Origin: Candidatus Moraniibacteriota bacterium
Lineage (GTDB): Bacteria; Patescibacteriota; Minisyncoccia; Moranbacterales; UBA1568
Length of the DNA stretch: 64,000 nt
Direction of reading: 5' to 3'
NCBI GenBank assembly: GCA_049290235.1
Contig: JBATNG010000017.1
Coordinates: 628-64,627, forward strand
Shown here: positions 28,163 through 37,649 of the stretch, one piece after another
Layout: each line of letters starts with the position of its first letter
How positions within the stretch are numbered: position 1 is the stretch's first letter
Program-made: the position numbers and the translations under genes
The notes under the pieces: model-generated
Seen by the model: the letters and a program-made list of their open reading frames with translations, nothing else
Told to the model about the DNA's origin: nothing
The model's database searches: none

Positions 28163-28362
28163 CAACTATCACTGAAGCTTAGTGGGAGACTCTCCACGTG
28201 TTGTCCGGCGAGTTTTCTATTGAGTGAAGACTATCCCTTTTCCTTTAACAGTACCCTTGATTGGAGTTCGGACCTGGTATACTACCCAAACAGGAGAGCG
28301 GAACGGAGGGAGAGGAAGGGCATATCGGCCGTAGGATAAACAGCACATGAAAACGACAGGCT

Positions 28363-29574
28363 ATGAAACAACTCACGAGTGTCGCAGTTTTCGTCCTGGG
28401 AGGGTGTCTGCTCGTGGGTGGAATATGGTACGCGAATCAGATTTGGACCGCCGGAGTGGTCAAGATCCCAAGCATCCCCAAGCAGAGTTGTTTAGATCAT
28501 AACAACGGACAGCATATGAAAAAGACACCGGCGGAACTGGCGCAGTATGAACGAGCGTATTTCGCGGGCGGGTGTTTCTGGTGTACGGAAAGTGATCTGC
28601 AGAAAGCCGAGGGAGTCATCGAGGTGGTTTCCGGCTATGCGGGTGGTACGGTTGTGAATCCGACCTATAGTGATGTGACGAGTGAAAAGAGCGGTCATCG
28701 GGAAGCGGTCGAAATTTACTATGATGGAAAGCGGACGACCTATGAAAACCTCGTGCATTACTATCTGATGCACATCGATCCGACGGATGATGGTGGGCAA
28801 TTTTATGATCGCGGAGAAAGTTACCAAGCAGTGATATTTTACGGTTCTGAAGAAGAGCGACTCGTAGCCGAGCAGGCTCTCCGAGAATTAGACGAGGCAA
28901 AGATCTTTGACAAGCCGGTAGCGGTTAGGGTATTGCCCTACAAAAATTTTTACACCGCCGAAGAGTATCACCAGAACTATGCCGAAGAAAATACCATCAA
29001 GTACTGTGCCTATCGAGAGTCGAGTGGGCGAGATACATTCTTGAAAAAATATTTCGGTATGAAGACCTGGGAAGAACTGGTCGGGAAGAGAGTAGTCATG
29101 GGTCAGAATGACACTCAGAATGCCGACTTTTCAAAATTTATGAAGCCGAACGATGCCGAATTGCGTTCCCGGTTGACCGATATCCAATATGAGGTGACCC
29201 AAGAGGAGGGGACGGAGAAGCCGTTTCAGAATGCCTACGACAGCAATCATGCTGCCGGTATCTATGTCGATATTCTCAGTGGCGAGCCGCTGTATTCATC
29301 AGCTGATAAGTTCGACAGTGGCACCGGTTGGCCGAGTTTTGTAAAACCGATCGATACTCGCTCTATCGTCGAGAAACCAGATACGGGGTTTTTCAGTACG
29401 CGTACGGAAATCCGGAGTCGGTACGGTGATAATCATCTCGGGCATGTGTTCACCGATGGGCCGGCTGAACGGGGCGGCTTGCGCTACTGTATGAATTCGG
29501 CTGCGCTCCGCTTCATCCCCAAGGAAGAGATGGAACAAGCGGGGTATGGACAGTACCTGTCCGCCGTTGAATAA
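28363..29574 (+). CDS. msrAB: bifunctional peptide methionine sulfoxide reductase MsrA/MsrB with N-terminal membrane anchor
   Basis: MsrA motif GGCFWCTE. MsrB C-terminus GTGWPSF...RYCMNSAAL. Confidence 0.85.
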   Translation: MKQLTSVAVFVLGGCLLVGGIWYANQIWTAGVVKIPSIPKQSCLDHNNGQHMKKTPAELAQYERAYFAGGCFWCTESDLQKAEGVIEVVSGYAGGTVVNPTYSDVTSEKSGHREAVEIYYDGKRTTYENLVHYYLMHIDPTDDGGQFYDRGESYQAVIFYGSEEERLVAEQALRELDEAKIFDKPVAVRVLPYKNFYTAEEYHQNYAEENTIKYCAYRESSGRDTFLKKYFGMKTWEELVGKRVVMGQNDTQNADFSKFMKPNDAELRSRLTDIQYEVTQEEGTEKPFQNAYDSNHAAGIYVDILSGEPLYSSADKFDSGTGWPSFVKPIDTRSIVEKPDTGFFSTRTEIRSRYGDNHLGHVFTDGPAERGGLRYCMNSAALRFIPKEEMEQAGYGQYLSAVE

Positions 29575-30014
29575 TGCAGGGGAATATAACAAGTGAAATA
29601 TTTATGGAAATCAATTATTGGGCTGTCGTGACGTCGGCGATTGTCAGTATGGTGATCGGTTCCATCTGGTACGGGCCACTGTTCGGGAAGCGATTTATGG
29701 AAGCGACGGGCATGAATGAATGGAGCAAAGAGAAACAGGCCGCGAGCAAGCGAGCGATGCCGAAAGCATATCTGGGACAATTCGGCGCCAGTCTGGTCAT
29801 GTTCTTCGTCTTTGCCTGGTACATCGGACTGTCTGGTCATCCGGGCGCACTGGGTGGTATCAACAACGCCTTTTGGGTCTGGATCGGGTTCGTGGTGCCG
29901 TTGGCTTTGGGGAACGCACTCTGGGGTGGGAAGATGACGGTGTTTTGGCTGAATATCGGCAATATGCTGGCGACTCTTCTCGCTGCCGGAGCCATAATCG
30001 GTGCCTGGCGATAG
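29574..30014 (+). CDS. DUF1761-like membrane protein
   Basis: Four hydrophobic helices. TAATG overlap with the msrAB stop. An alternative start is 29604. Confidence 0.45.
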   Translation: MQGNITSEIFMEINYWAVVTSAIVSMVIGSIWYGPLFGKRFMEATGMNEWSKEKQAASKRAMPKAYLGQFGASLVMFFVFAWYIGLSGHPGALGGINNAFWVWIGFVVPLALGNALWGGKMTVFWLNIGNMLATLLAAGAIIGAWR

Positions 30015-30227
30015 CATAACCTCAGAGTCTGCAGCGAGGGGGCATATCACTTCTGAAACACAGGAATTGAGACACTCGCTTTGCCATTGTCTCGAGGTTC
30101 GTCACGCGTTCAACCAAGACACAGGAAAGCGATGCCGGGGCATACTTGCGGAACGATAAGTCTAGACGTATTGAGGAAAACATGCTAGAGTGCAGGGTCC
30201 AATTGGGACGATTTCAGGGAGGGAAAC

Positions 30228-30599
30228 ATGCTCTTTAAAATAGCGGAAGGCAGTGGAAGAGGTATGGAAGGCGGTAGTGACAAAAAACATACCACTCTGC
30301 AGGGCCAGGTAGTCGAGATTATTCGGATTATCGTGTATGACGAGGCGGGGACTCCACTTCAGGAGTTTTCCGAAGAAGAAATCATGCTCGGGTTCACGAT
30401 TTCTCAAGTCATACCCAAAGATGGTAGTCCGGCTGGTGAAACTGGGTGGTGGCGCCTAACAATCGGAAGGGCCAAGGCACCCTTGATTATCGAGGGCGAA
30501 CGGGTGGAGTTCTGGGACTCGGGCGGACGCTTCGGTGATTGTGGAGTACCGATGGATGCCACCCCGTGCGGTCAGAAACCGGAGTCTCAAGTATGGTGA
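30228..30599 (+). CDS. hypothetical protein
   Basis: SD-like gggaggg upstream of the ATG. Confidence 0.4.
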   Translation: MLFKIAEGSGRGMEGGSDKKHTTLQGQVVEIIRIIVYDEAGTPLQEFSEEEIMLGFTISQVIPKDGSPAGETGWWRLTIGRAKAPLIIEGERVEFWDSGGRFGDCGVPMDATPCGQKPESQVW

Positions 30600-30626
30600 T
30601 CCATTTCTATCTACAGGAGGCACTAG

Positions 30627-31064
30627 ATGCCGAAGCTGAAGCTAACGTTACATCCGGAGTATCCAGCACTGGACCCAGAGATCGTACCCCTGGTTCGGGT
30701 GATTACGGCGATCGGCCTGCCACCGGTGTACGCCTGTGCCGGTCATGAGGAAAGGAGTCGAGGTATCCTGCAGTATGCTTACCCGATGGTCTGCATGCTA
30801 CTGGAACCAAATGATGTTAGACAGGCAAAGTGTTTTCGCCGACTAGCAGAGATGCTTGATATTTTCGATAGCTGTTGCCACAGTCGGTATGATGTGGCAT
30901 GGATGCTTAGGCTGGTGGAGAATCAGCAGGCTTGTCATCTCTGGTCTCTCAGACCGACAGACACTGGCCGTCCGCTAAGGGAACTCCACTATGGCATCCG
31001 TCTCCTGACGGATAACCTCGGGCTGATGGATGAATGGTATACCCCTATCGAAGATAAGGACTGA
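30627..31064 (+). CDS. hypothetical protein
   Basis: SD aggagg upstream. Confidence 0.4.
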   Translation: MPKLKLTLHPEYPALDPEIVPLVRVITAIGLPPVYACAGHEERSRGILQYAYPMVCMLLEPNDVRQAKCFRRLAEMLDIFDSCCHSRYDVAWMLRLVENQQACHLWSLRPTDTGRPLRELHYGIRLLTDNLGLMDEWYTPIEDKD

Positions 31065-31120
31065 CTCGCCGGCAGAACATCTGCTTCGGTAGGTCTTCTG
31101 TTTACAGCGAGGGCAGCGAC

Positions 31121-31162
31121 AAAAAAGGCGGGTGGTCAAAGCCATTCCCGCCTTTTCTTTTT
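31121..31162. terminator. bidirectional rho-independent terminator
   Basis: aaaaaa-ggcggg-tggtcaaagccatt-cccgcc-ttttcttttt. Confidence 0.7.
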
Positions 31163-31170
31163 GTCTCGAA

Positions 31171-31545
31171 CTACTTTTTCTTGGCAGCGGTCTTCTCGTG
31201 AGCTTCCGCTTTCGCCGCTCTGGCGAGTTTGCTCATCGACTTCCAATGCTTCTTCAAATCCTTGGCGATCTCTTCGATTTCGGCCTTGCCGGCGCGCTTG
31301 CCTTTGGTATATTCCTTGGCGACCGCGTCGACGATACCTTGGTAGACTGGCTCGGTGATTTCGCGGGCATGTTCGAGTTGTTCGACGACTTCGCCCTTCA
31401 TCTTGATGACCCAGGCGCGGGCATGCTTCTGATGGACTTTTCCTTTCGGTCCGAAGAAGAAGTAGGCGGTGGCGGCGATCCCGGCCAGGCTAGCGCCGAT
31501 GACCGCGAGGGTGGCGGCTTTCGATGAGTTCGATTTCTTGGGCAT
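31171..31545 (-). CDS. hypothetical membrane-anchored protein (YtxH-like?)
   Basis: N-terminal TM helix followed by a charged helical region. Confidence 0.4.
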   Translation of the reverse strand: MPKKSNSSKAATLAVIGASLAGIAATAYFFFGPKGKVHQKHARAWVIKMKGEVVEQLEHAREITEPVYQGIVDAVAKEYTKGKRAGKAEIEEIAKDLKKHWKSMSKLARAAKAEAHEKTAAKKK

Positions 31546-31729
31546 ACCGTTGATGATGAAGTAATTATCTGCAGTGATGCGGGCGATTCTGACGACGAGG
31601 GCAGGAAACGATGGAGCTCATTCGCGTTTATTCTGTGCCATACAGAGAGGGCTAGGCTTATGGCTCTAGAGTAATCCTATCTGGCGGCTTTGGCAAAGGG
31701 GTCTCTCATGGCCTCTTTTTTTGTACCCC

Positions 31730-31758
31730 TTGACATACCCCCAGGGGGGTATTAGACT
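31730..31758 (+). promoter_or_regulatory. promoter (TTGACA, 17 nt, TAGACT) with an embedded perfect 18-bp palindrome ATACCCCCAGGGGGGTAT; CsoR-type operator
   Basis: ttgaca 31730-31735. Palindrome 31735-31752 fills the spacer. -10-like tagact 31753-31758. The csoR ATG is at 31788. Confidence 0.6.
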
Positions 31759-31787
31759 ACGGTCAGAAATTCGTAATAGCAATACGT

Positions 31788-32054
31788 ATGGCCAGTCCCT
31801 CAAAGCAGAAACTCATCCGCCGACTGAAGATCATCGAGGGTCAGGTCCGGGGGCTGCAGGAGATGCTCGAAAAAGATGTCTACTGCATCGATGTCATCAC
31901 ACAGACTTCGGCTGTGAAGCAGGGACTGACCGTCGTGGAAGATGTGCTTATGGAGAGCCATCTCGGTACCTGTGCCATCGCCCAGATCAAGGGCGGGAAG
32001 GAGGCGAAGGCGAAGGAAGAAATTCTTAAGGTCTATCGATTAAAAAGAAAATAA
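31788..32054 (+). CDS. csoR: CsoR/RcnR-family copper-sensing transcriptional repressor
   Basis: Metal-site positions YCIDV...H..TC (Cys-His-Cys). Size 88 aa. Confidence 0.75.
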   Translation: MASPSKQKLIRRLKIIEGQVRGLQEMLEKDVYCIDVITQTSAVKQGLTVVEDVLMESHLGTCAIAQIKGGKEAKAKEEILKVYRLKRK

Positions 32055-32056
32055 GT

Positions 32057-34360
32057 ATGAGTAATACTGCAACCTACAAAATCCGAGGGATGCACTGCGC
32101 TTCGTGTTCAGCCATTATCGAAAAGACGTTCAAGAAGGTCGATGGAGTAGAGTCGGCGGCAGCTAACTATGGGACCGAGAGCGTGAAGGTTGCTTTTGAT
32201 GCGGGGAAGACCAGTGCCCATCATCTCTCGAAAACTATCGAGCCGCTCGGCTACTCGCTCATTATCCCAGAAGAAAAATCGGCTGGAGATATGGGCATGA
32301 CAGCCGATGAACATGCGGCCCATCTCGGGATTAATCAATCAAAACGAGAAAAAATCGCTGAGCTCGCCGTACTTAAAACTCAGACGCTTTTTCTTATCCC
32401 GCTCACACTCTTCAGTATCTTTGTCATGGGCTGGGACATGCTGGCGGAGTTCGCCTTCCTTTCCGCGGCCCCCATTTTTTGGAAAGAATTCTTCCACCAC
32501 CTGCTCCCGTTGATGGCAACCTATGCGTTGTTTGTCGCGGGCAGGCCGTACCTCCTTGGCTTCTACCGATTTCTCCGCTATGGCAAAGCGAATATGGATA
32601 CCCTCATCGGTATTGGAACGTCAGCGGCCTACCTCTACAGCTTTATTGTTTCGGCGTTTGAAGAATCGCTCCGAGCATACGTTAATGTGGAATACACGTA
32701 CTATGACGTGACGATTATTGTGATCGCGTTCATCACGCTCGGGAAATACCTGGAGGCGCGTTCCAAACTGAAGACAGGGGACGCGATCGAAAAATTACTT
32801 AATCTCCAGGCGAAGACGGCGCTGGTCATCCGTGACGGAAAGGAAATCGAAGTTCCGATCGAAACGGTCAGGCTGGGTGAACTCATCGTCGTGAAGCCAG
32901 CCGGCAAGATCCCGGTCGATGGCGTGCTTACCGAGGGGGCCTCGTATGTGGACGAGAGCCTCGTGACCGGTGAGCCGATCCCGGTTGAGAAAGTGGTTGG
33001 CTCGAATGTGGTCGCTGGGACGATAAACACGACCGGAGCGTTCACGTTCCGAGCGACCAAGGTGGGTGCCGAAACACTACTCGCACGCATCATTGCGATG
33101 GTCGAGGAGGCGCAGGGGAGCAAGGCGCCGATTCAAGCTTTGGCCGACAAGATCTCGAGCGTTTTTGTGCCAACCGTACTCGTCATTGCCTTCGTGACAC
33201 TTGCTGCCTGGCTCCTCATCGGTACGTCCTACCTTGGTTTCGCCCAGGCGCTCTCATTCGGACTTGTCTCTTTTGTCGGCATCCTCGTGATCGCCTGCCC
33301 GTGTGCCCTGGGCCTGGCGACGCCGATTGGGATCATCGTGGGGGTTGGGAAGGGCGCGGGCGAAGGTATTCTCATCAAGGATGCCGAAACGCTTGAGAAG
33401 CTCCAAAAGGTGAATGTGCTCGTTTTCGATAAGACCGGGACGATCACTCGCGGAAAGCCAGAGCTCGTGTCGCTGAAGAATACCTCCCAAAAAAGTGACG
33501 ATGAAATCATCGCGCTTCTGGCAGCGCTTGAAAAGAAATCTGAACATCCGATCGCTCAGGCGATTCTCACTTATGCGAGAGAGAAGGGTATCGATGCTGC
33601 CCCGCTTGAAAGCTTCGAAGCGATCAAAGGGAAGGGCGTCAAGGGGCGAATTGCCGACAGTGAGTATTTCGCTGGCAATATTACGCTCATGAGTGATCTC
33701 GCCCTCTCATTCGATCGCTCTTCACTTGAGCTCGAGGCATCCCAGGGAAAGACGCCCGTCTTGCTGGCTTCGCGTGAGGCGGTCTTAGCGGTTGCGATGG
33801 TCGCGGATGCAATCAAACCCGAGGCCAAAGCAGCTATCAGTGCGCTCCATGCACTGGGTCTTCGAACGGTGATGCTGACGGGCGATAATCGAGAGACAGC
33901 GCAGTTCATCGCAAAACAGGTGGGCATTGATGAAGTCGTGGCCGAGGTCTTGCCCGAAGCGAAACTAGAGAAAATCAAGTCACTGCAAGCCGAGGGGAAT
34001 CAGGTGGCGATGGCAGGGGACGGCGTGAATGATGCGCCGGCACTCGCCCAGGCCGAAGTCGGACTCGCGATGGCGACCGGCACTGACGTTGCGATCGAAT
34101 CCGCCGGTATCACGCTCCTTCACGGGGATATTTCCAGGATTGTGAAGGCTATCCGGCTTTCGAAGCTCACGATGCGCGGGATCAAACAGAACCTCTTCTG
34201 GGCATTCGTCTACAATATCGTCGGCATTCCACTGGCGGCGGGCATCTTCTACCCGTTCACCGGTTGGCTGCTCTCGCCTGTTTTCGCTGGGCTCGCCATG
34301 GCCTTTTCGAGTGTTTCCGTGGTGGGGAACTCACTTCGACTTAAATCCAAAAAACTGTAA
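32057..34360 (+). CDS. copA: copper-translocating P1B-type ATPase
   Basis: HMA motif [11 protein letters not shown] motif [29 protein letters not shown]. Confidence 0.9.
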   Translation: MSNTATYKIRGMHCASCSAIIEKTFKKVDGVESAAANYGTESVKVAFDAGKTSAHHLSKTIEPLGYSLIIPEEKSAGDMGMTADEHAAHLGINQSKREKIAELAVLKTQTLFLIPLTLFSIFVMGWDMLAEFAFLSAAPIFWKEFFHHLLPLMATYALFVAGRPYLLGFYRFLRYGKANMDTLIGIGTSAAYLYSFIVSAFEESLRAYVNVEYTYYDVTIIVIAFITLGKYLEARSKLKTGDAIEKLLNLQAKTALVIRDGKEIEVPIETVRLGELIVVKPAGKIPVDGVLTEGASYVDESLVTGEPIPVEKVVGSNVVAGTINTTGAFTFRATKVGAETLLARIIAMVEEAQGSKAPIQALADKISSVFVPTVLVIAFVTLAAWLLIGTSYLGFAQALSFGLVSFVGILVIACPCALGLATPIGIIVGVGKGAGEGILIKDAETLEKLQKVNVLVFDKTGTITRGKPELVSLKNTSQKSDDEIIALLAALEKKSEHPIAQAILTYAREKGIDAAPLESFEAIKGKGVKGRIADSEYFAGNITLMSDLALSFDRSSLELEASQGKTPVLLASREAVLAVAMVADAIKPEAKAAISALHALGLRTVMLTGDNRETAQFIAKQVGIDEVVAEVLPEAKLEKIKSLQAEGNQVAMAGDGVNDAPALAQAEVGLAMATGTDVAIESAGITLLHGDISRIVKAIRLSKLTMRGIKQNLFWAFVYNIVGIPLAAGIFYPFTGWLLSPVFAGLAMAFSSVSVVGNSLRLKSKKL

Positions 34361-34368
34361 GTGCGAGT

Positions 34369-35388
34369 ATGACCAAGTATACGTTTCATGTTTCTGGGAT
34401 GCACTGTAACGCCTGTATCCTACTAACGGAGAGTGAGCTCCAGGAGCATCCAAAGGTGGTCTCGGCGATATCGAGCCTGAAGACTCACTCGGTTGAGGTC
34501 ACAGGTGATTTCGGAGATATTGCCCCGGCCGACATCGCTCGGGAACTCTCCGTCCTCCTCGAAAAACATGGCTATAGTCTCTCGACAGAGAAGACAGCAG
34601 CCACGAAAAACTGGTCCGATTTCAAGTATGCCTTACCGATTGCACTCGGATTCGCCGCGCTCTTTGTGATGCTCCAGAAACTGGGTATCGTCAATCTCGT
34701 GGATACCGGTTCAGTTTCCTATGGTACAGCCTTCCTCGTAGGTGTCATCGCATCGCTCTCGACGTGTATGGCGGTAGTCGGTGGCCTGGTACTGTCCATG
34801 TCGGCGACCTTTGCCAAGGAAGGTGACCGAGTGAGGCCACAGCTTTTGTTTCATGGCGGCCGGCTGGGAGCATTTTTTCTTCTCGGCGGTTTGATTGGCG
34901 CACTTGGTGCCAGCTTCACCCTGAGCATCTCGGTGACGCTTGGGCTCAGCCTGACGATTGGCCTCGTCATGCTCATCTTGGGTATCAATCTGCTCGATGT
35001 GTTTCCGTGGGCGAAGCGGTTCCAACCGACGCTACCCAAATTTCTCTCCAAGCATGCCTACGGTGTTTCGAAGCTGAATCACACTCTCACGCCGTGCTTG
35101 GTTGGTATCGCAACGTTTTTTCTGCCGTGCGGCTTTACCCAGTCGATGCAGCTCTATACCCTGTCGACCGGGAGCTTTATGGGTGGCGCCGTGACGATGT
35201 TCTCCTTTGCTCTGGGGACATTGCCGGTACTCGCGCTCATTAGCTTCAGTTCGTTCAGCATTCAGGAGAGTTCCAAAGCGGGGATATTCTTCAAGTCAGC
35301 CGGACTGATCGTGATTCTGTTTGCGCTCATGAACATTGTGAATAGCCTCGTCATCGCCGGCCTCATCCCACCGATATTTAATTTCTAG
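34369..35388 (+). CDS. HMA-domain (GMHCNAC) fused to a polytopic membrane domain (DsbD/CcdA-like transmembrane region)
   Basis: N-terminal GMHCNAC. Conserved Cys residues sit in TM helices (LSTCMAV, FFLPCGF). Confidence 0.5.
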   Translation: MTKYTFHVSGMHCNACILLTESELQEHPKVVSAISSLKTHSVEVTGDFGDIAPADIARELSVLLEKHGYSLSTEKTAATKNWSDFKYALPIALGFAALFVMLQKLGIVNLVDTGSVSYGTAFLVGVIASLSTCMAVVGGLVLSMSATFAKEGDRVRPQLLFHGGRLGAFFLLGGLIGALGASFTLSISVTLGLSLTIGLVMLILGINLLDVFPWAKRFQPTLPKFLSKHAYGVSKLNHTLTPCLVGIATFFLPCGFTQSMQLYTLSTGSFMGGAVTMFSFALGTLPVLALISFSSFSIQESSKAGIFFKSAGLIVILFALMNIVNSLVIAGLIPPIFNF

Positions 35389-35543
35389 GCTAGCGAGGTG
35401 GTCATCTACAGTGCGTCGTGCGTATCAGCGATCAGTCACACTTATCAGCGAACGCCGAGGACTGTATACTAGAAGACACCTATCGCCCCACCCAGACCGT
35501 CATGACTCGTGAAAAACATAATCCAGTAAGCCCCCCAACACCT

Positions 35544-35936
35544 ATGAAGATTGCTATTGGCCTCATCGCTCTCGTCGCGATCATTTTTTTCGGGTATTTG
35601 CTCTGGCAGATGGGAGGACCAACGCCAGAGAGTCAGTCGGCTTCAGCGAACAATGTCAGTGTCGTCGATGGACAGCAGGTCGTCACGATATCAGCCAAGG
35701 CTGGATACACGCCGCGGGTGAGCGAGGTGAAGGCAGGAGTGCCGACGATTCTCCGCGTCGATACCCAGGGGACATTCGACTGTTCCTCGCAGATCCGTGT
35801 CCCGAGCCTGAACATTAGCCAATCCCTGCCTCCCTCCGGCGTCACCGATATCGCGCTCGGAATCCTCGAGCCAGGCGTGCTGCATGGCACCTGCGGGATG
35901 GGGATGTACCCTTTCCAGCTCAATGTTCAGAGCTAG
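35544..35936 (+). CDS. membrane-anchored cupredoxin-like putative copper-binding protein
   Basis: ATG at 35544. TM helix. C-terminal motif HGTCGMGM. Confidence 0.35.
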   Translation: MKIAIGLIALVAIIFFGYLLWQMGGPTPESQSASANNVSVVDGQQVVTISAKAGYTPRVSEVKAGVPTILRVDTQGTFDCSSQIRVPSLNISQSLPPSGVTDIALGILEPGVLHGTCGMGMYPFQLNVQS

Positions 35937-36034
35937 CGGGCAGGGAAGATAGGCGACCGCAGCGTATTGATGAAAAACGAAAGAAAAGCCCCAGCATGAA
36001 TGCCAGGACTTTTCTCTTGTCGAATCGATTACGA

Positions 36035-36298
36035 TTATGAGAGATGCTTGGAGACGAGTTTCGTCATCTCAAACATGTTCACTACGTCCTTGCCGCCGAA
36101 GACTGCCTTCAGCGCCTCGTCCGCATTGATATTGCGCTTGTTCTCCGGGTCCTGGAGATTCTTGCTCTTGATATAGACCCAGAGCTGCTTCACCACTTCC
36201 GAACGGGGCATCGGACCAGCACCGACTACCACTGCGAGTTCAGCGCTGATCTTCATCGGCTTCATGAACGCGGAATTGCTCGTCGCCATAAAATCCAC
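36035..36298 (-). CDS. SWIB/MDM2-domain protein
   Basis: KPMKISAELAVVVG..PMPRSEVVKQLWVYIKSKNLQDPENKRNINADEALKAVFG is the typical SWIB signature. Confidence 0.7.
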   Translation of the reverse strand: MDFMATSNSAFMKPMKISAELAVVVGAGPMPRSEVVKQLWVYIKSKNLQDPENKRNINADEALKAVFGGKDVVNMFEMTKLVSKHLS

Positions 36299-36391
36299 TG
36301 TTAGGGGTTACGGGACCCATTATACACCTTTTCTGGAAAAAGCGATGCCTGGGGACGGTGGGGGACTTCGTGGTACAGTAAAAGCACTAAC

Positions 36392-37603
36392 TTGATCATC
36401 AATTCTATGAGCGTCGAGGAACGGATCGTCATCAACGACATGGCGGGTGAAAGTCAGATGAATTACATCATCCAGGAGGCAGCGCGGCGTGGCACTTCGG
36501 ATATTCATATCGACCCGCTGCCAGATGAGGTACTCGTCCGCTTCCGAATTGACGGTGTCCTCCAAGAGGCGAAGCGTTTCCCTCGGGAGCACCTCGACCA
36601 TATCATCAATCAACTGAAAGTCCTCTCGAACCTCGAGGTCGGGTCTGTGCGACTCCCGGAGGATGGACACTTTTCCGCCCGGCTGACCGACGACCACACC
36701 GTGGCCAATCGAGTGCTCGATGTGCGCGTTTCCATGTTCCCGAGTGTCAATGGTGCCGCGGCAGTGCTGCGTCTCCTCAATCGTTCGGATATGCTCATCT
36801 CCCTCGATGAGATATTCGTCGATCCCGATCTCCGGTCGAAAGTGCGAGAGATGACGCTCTCGAGTTATGGTATGGTCCTGACGACTGGACCGACGGGCTC
36901 GGGCAAGACGACTTCGCTGTATGCGATGCTCATGGAGACCAATCGCCAGGAGCGCAATATCCTGACGCTCGAGGATCCGGTCGAAATGTACTTCGATGAC
37001 ATGCGGCAGAGTCAGATCCATCCCGAGATCGGCTTTACATTTGCCAAAGGGATGAAGAGTATCCTCCGTCAGGATCCGGACGTCATCATGATCGGTGAGA
37101 TCCGCGATGCTGAGACGGCCGAGTACGCGGTTCAGGCCTCGCTCACTGGCCGACTCGTCTATTCGACACTGCACGCGAACACGACTATCGGTGCGATCGC
37201 CCGTATGATCGATATGGATATTGAGCGAGGACTCATCGCCTATGCCGTTCGGGGGATCATCACGCAGCGGCTCGTCCGAAAGATCTGTTCTGCCTGCAGC
37301 GCGCCGGATCCGAATCCGCGGGCGGAATTCATCGCCTTTCTCGGGCTGAGTGACATGCATATCGCATACCAGAAGGGTGCTGGTTGTGCGTCGTGTGATG
37401 GCACTGGGTATCATGGCCGTGCGGGCATCTTCGAAGTACTGACCTTTGATGACCAATTGCGCGCGTTGATCGTCGACAAAGCCTCGATGAATGATCTCCA
37501 GGCCTATGCAGTCCAATCTGGCATGCAGACACTGCGCCAGAACGCCATCAATCTCGTCTCTGCCGGGATCACGACGGTCGATGAAATCGTCCGTGTGGTC
37601 TAG
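36392..37603 (+). CDS. GspE/PilB-family secretion or pilus ATPase (compact, lacks N1 domain)
   Basis: Walker A TGPTGSGKTT. Asp box and His box present. C-terminal tetracysteine CSACS...CASCDGTG. Confidence 0.8.
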   Translation: MIINSMSVEERIVINDMAGESQMNYIIQEAARRGTSDIHIDPLPDEVLVRFRIDGVLQEAKRFPREHLDHIINQLKVLSNLEVGSVRLPEDGHFSARLTDDHTVANRVLDVRVSMFPSVNGAAAVLRLLNRSDMLISLDEIFVDPDLRSKVREMTLSSYGMVLTTGPTGSGKTTSLYAMLMETNRQERNILTLEDPVEMYFDDMRQSQIHPEIGFTFAKGMKSILRQDPDVIMIGEIRDAETAEYAVQASLTGRLVYSTLHANTTIGAIARMIDMDIERGLIAYAVRGIITQRLVRKICSACSAPDPNPRAEFIAFLGLSDMHIAYQKGAGCASCDGTGYHGRAGIFEVLTFDDQLRALIVDKASMNDLQAYAVQSGMQTLRQNAINLVSAGITTVDEIVRVV

Positions 37604-37649
37604 CGGCCAATCTCCCGAGCCGTTCGCGTGCTAAAATAGGGGAGCTTCT

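Larger units (their letters stand above)
24872..28283. mobile_element. island segment 3 bounded by 24-bp imperfect direct repeats (attggagttcgRaSctggtatact at 24872-24895 and 28260-28283); cargo of small resistance-like enzymes
   Basis: 22/24 identity between the direct repeats. AT-richer content, judged by eye. Confidence 0.4.

Noticed and set aside
14986-28283. Presence of an integrase, recombinase or transposase gene to account for the island
   Set aside because: None of the ORFs in or beside the island shows tyrosine-recombinase (R..HxxR..Y), serine-recombinase or DDE transposase motifs. Mobility therefore remains inferred from the att-like repeats only.
36320-37516. 398-aa ORF on the minus strand, antisense to the PilB-like gene
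   Set aside because: All recognisable motifs (Walker A, Asp/His boxes, zinc finger) are on the + strand. The antisense frame is an open-frame artefact of GC-rich coding DNA.
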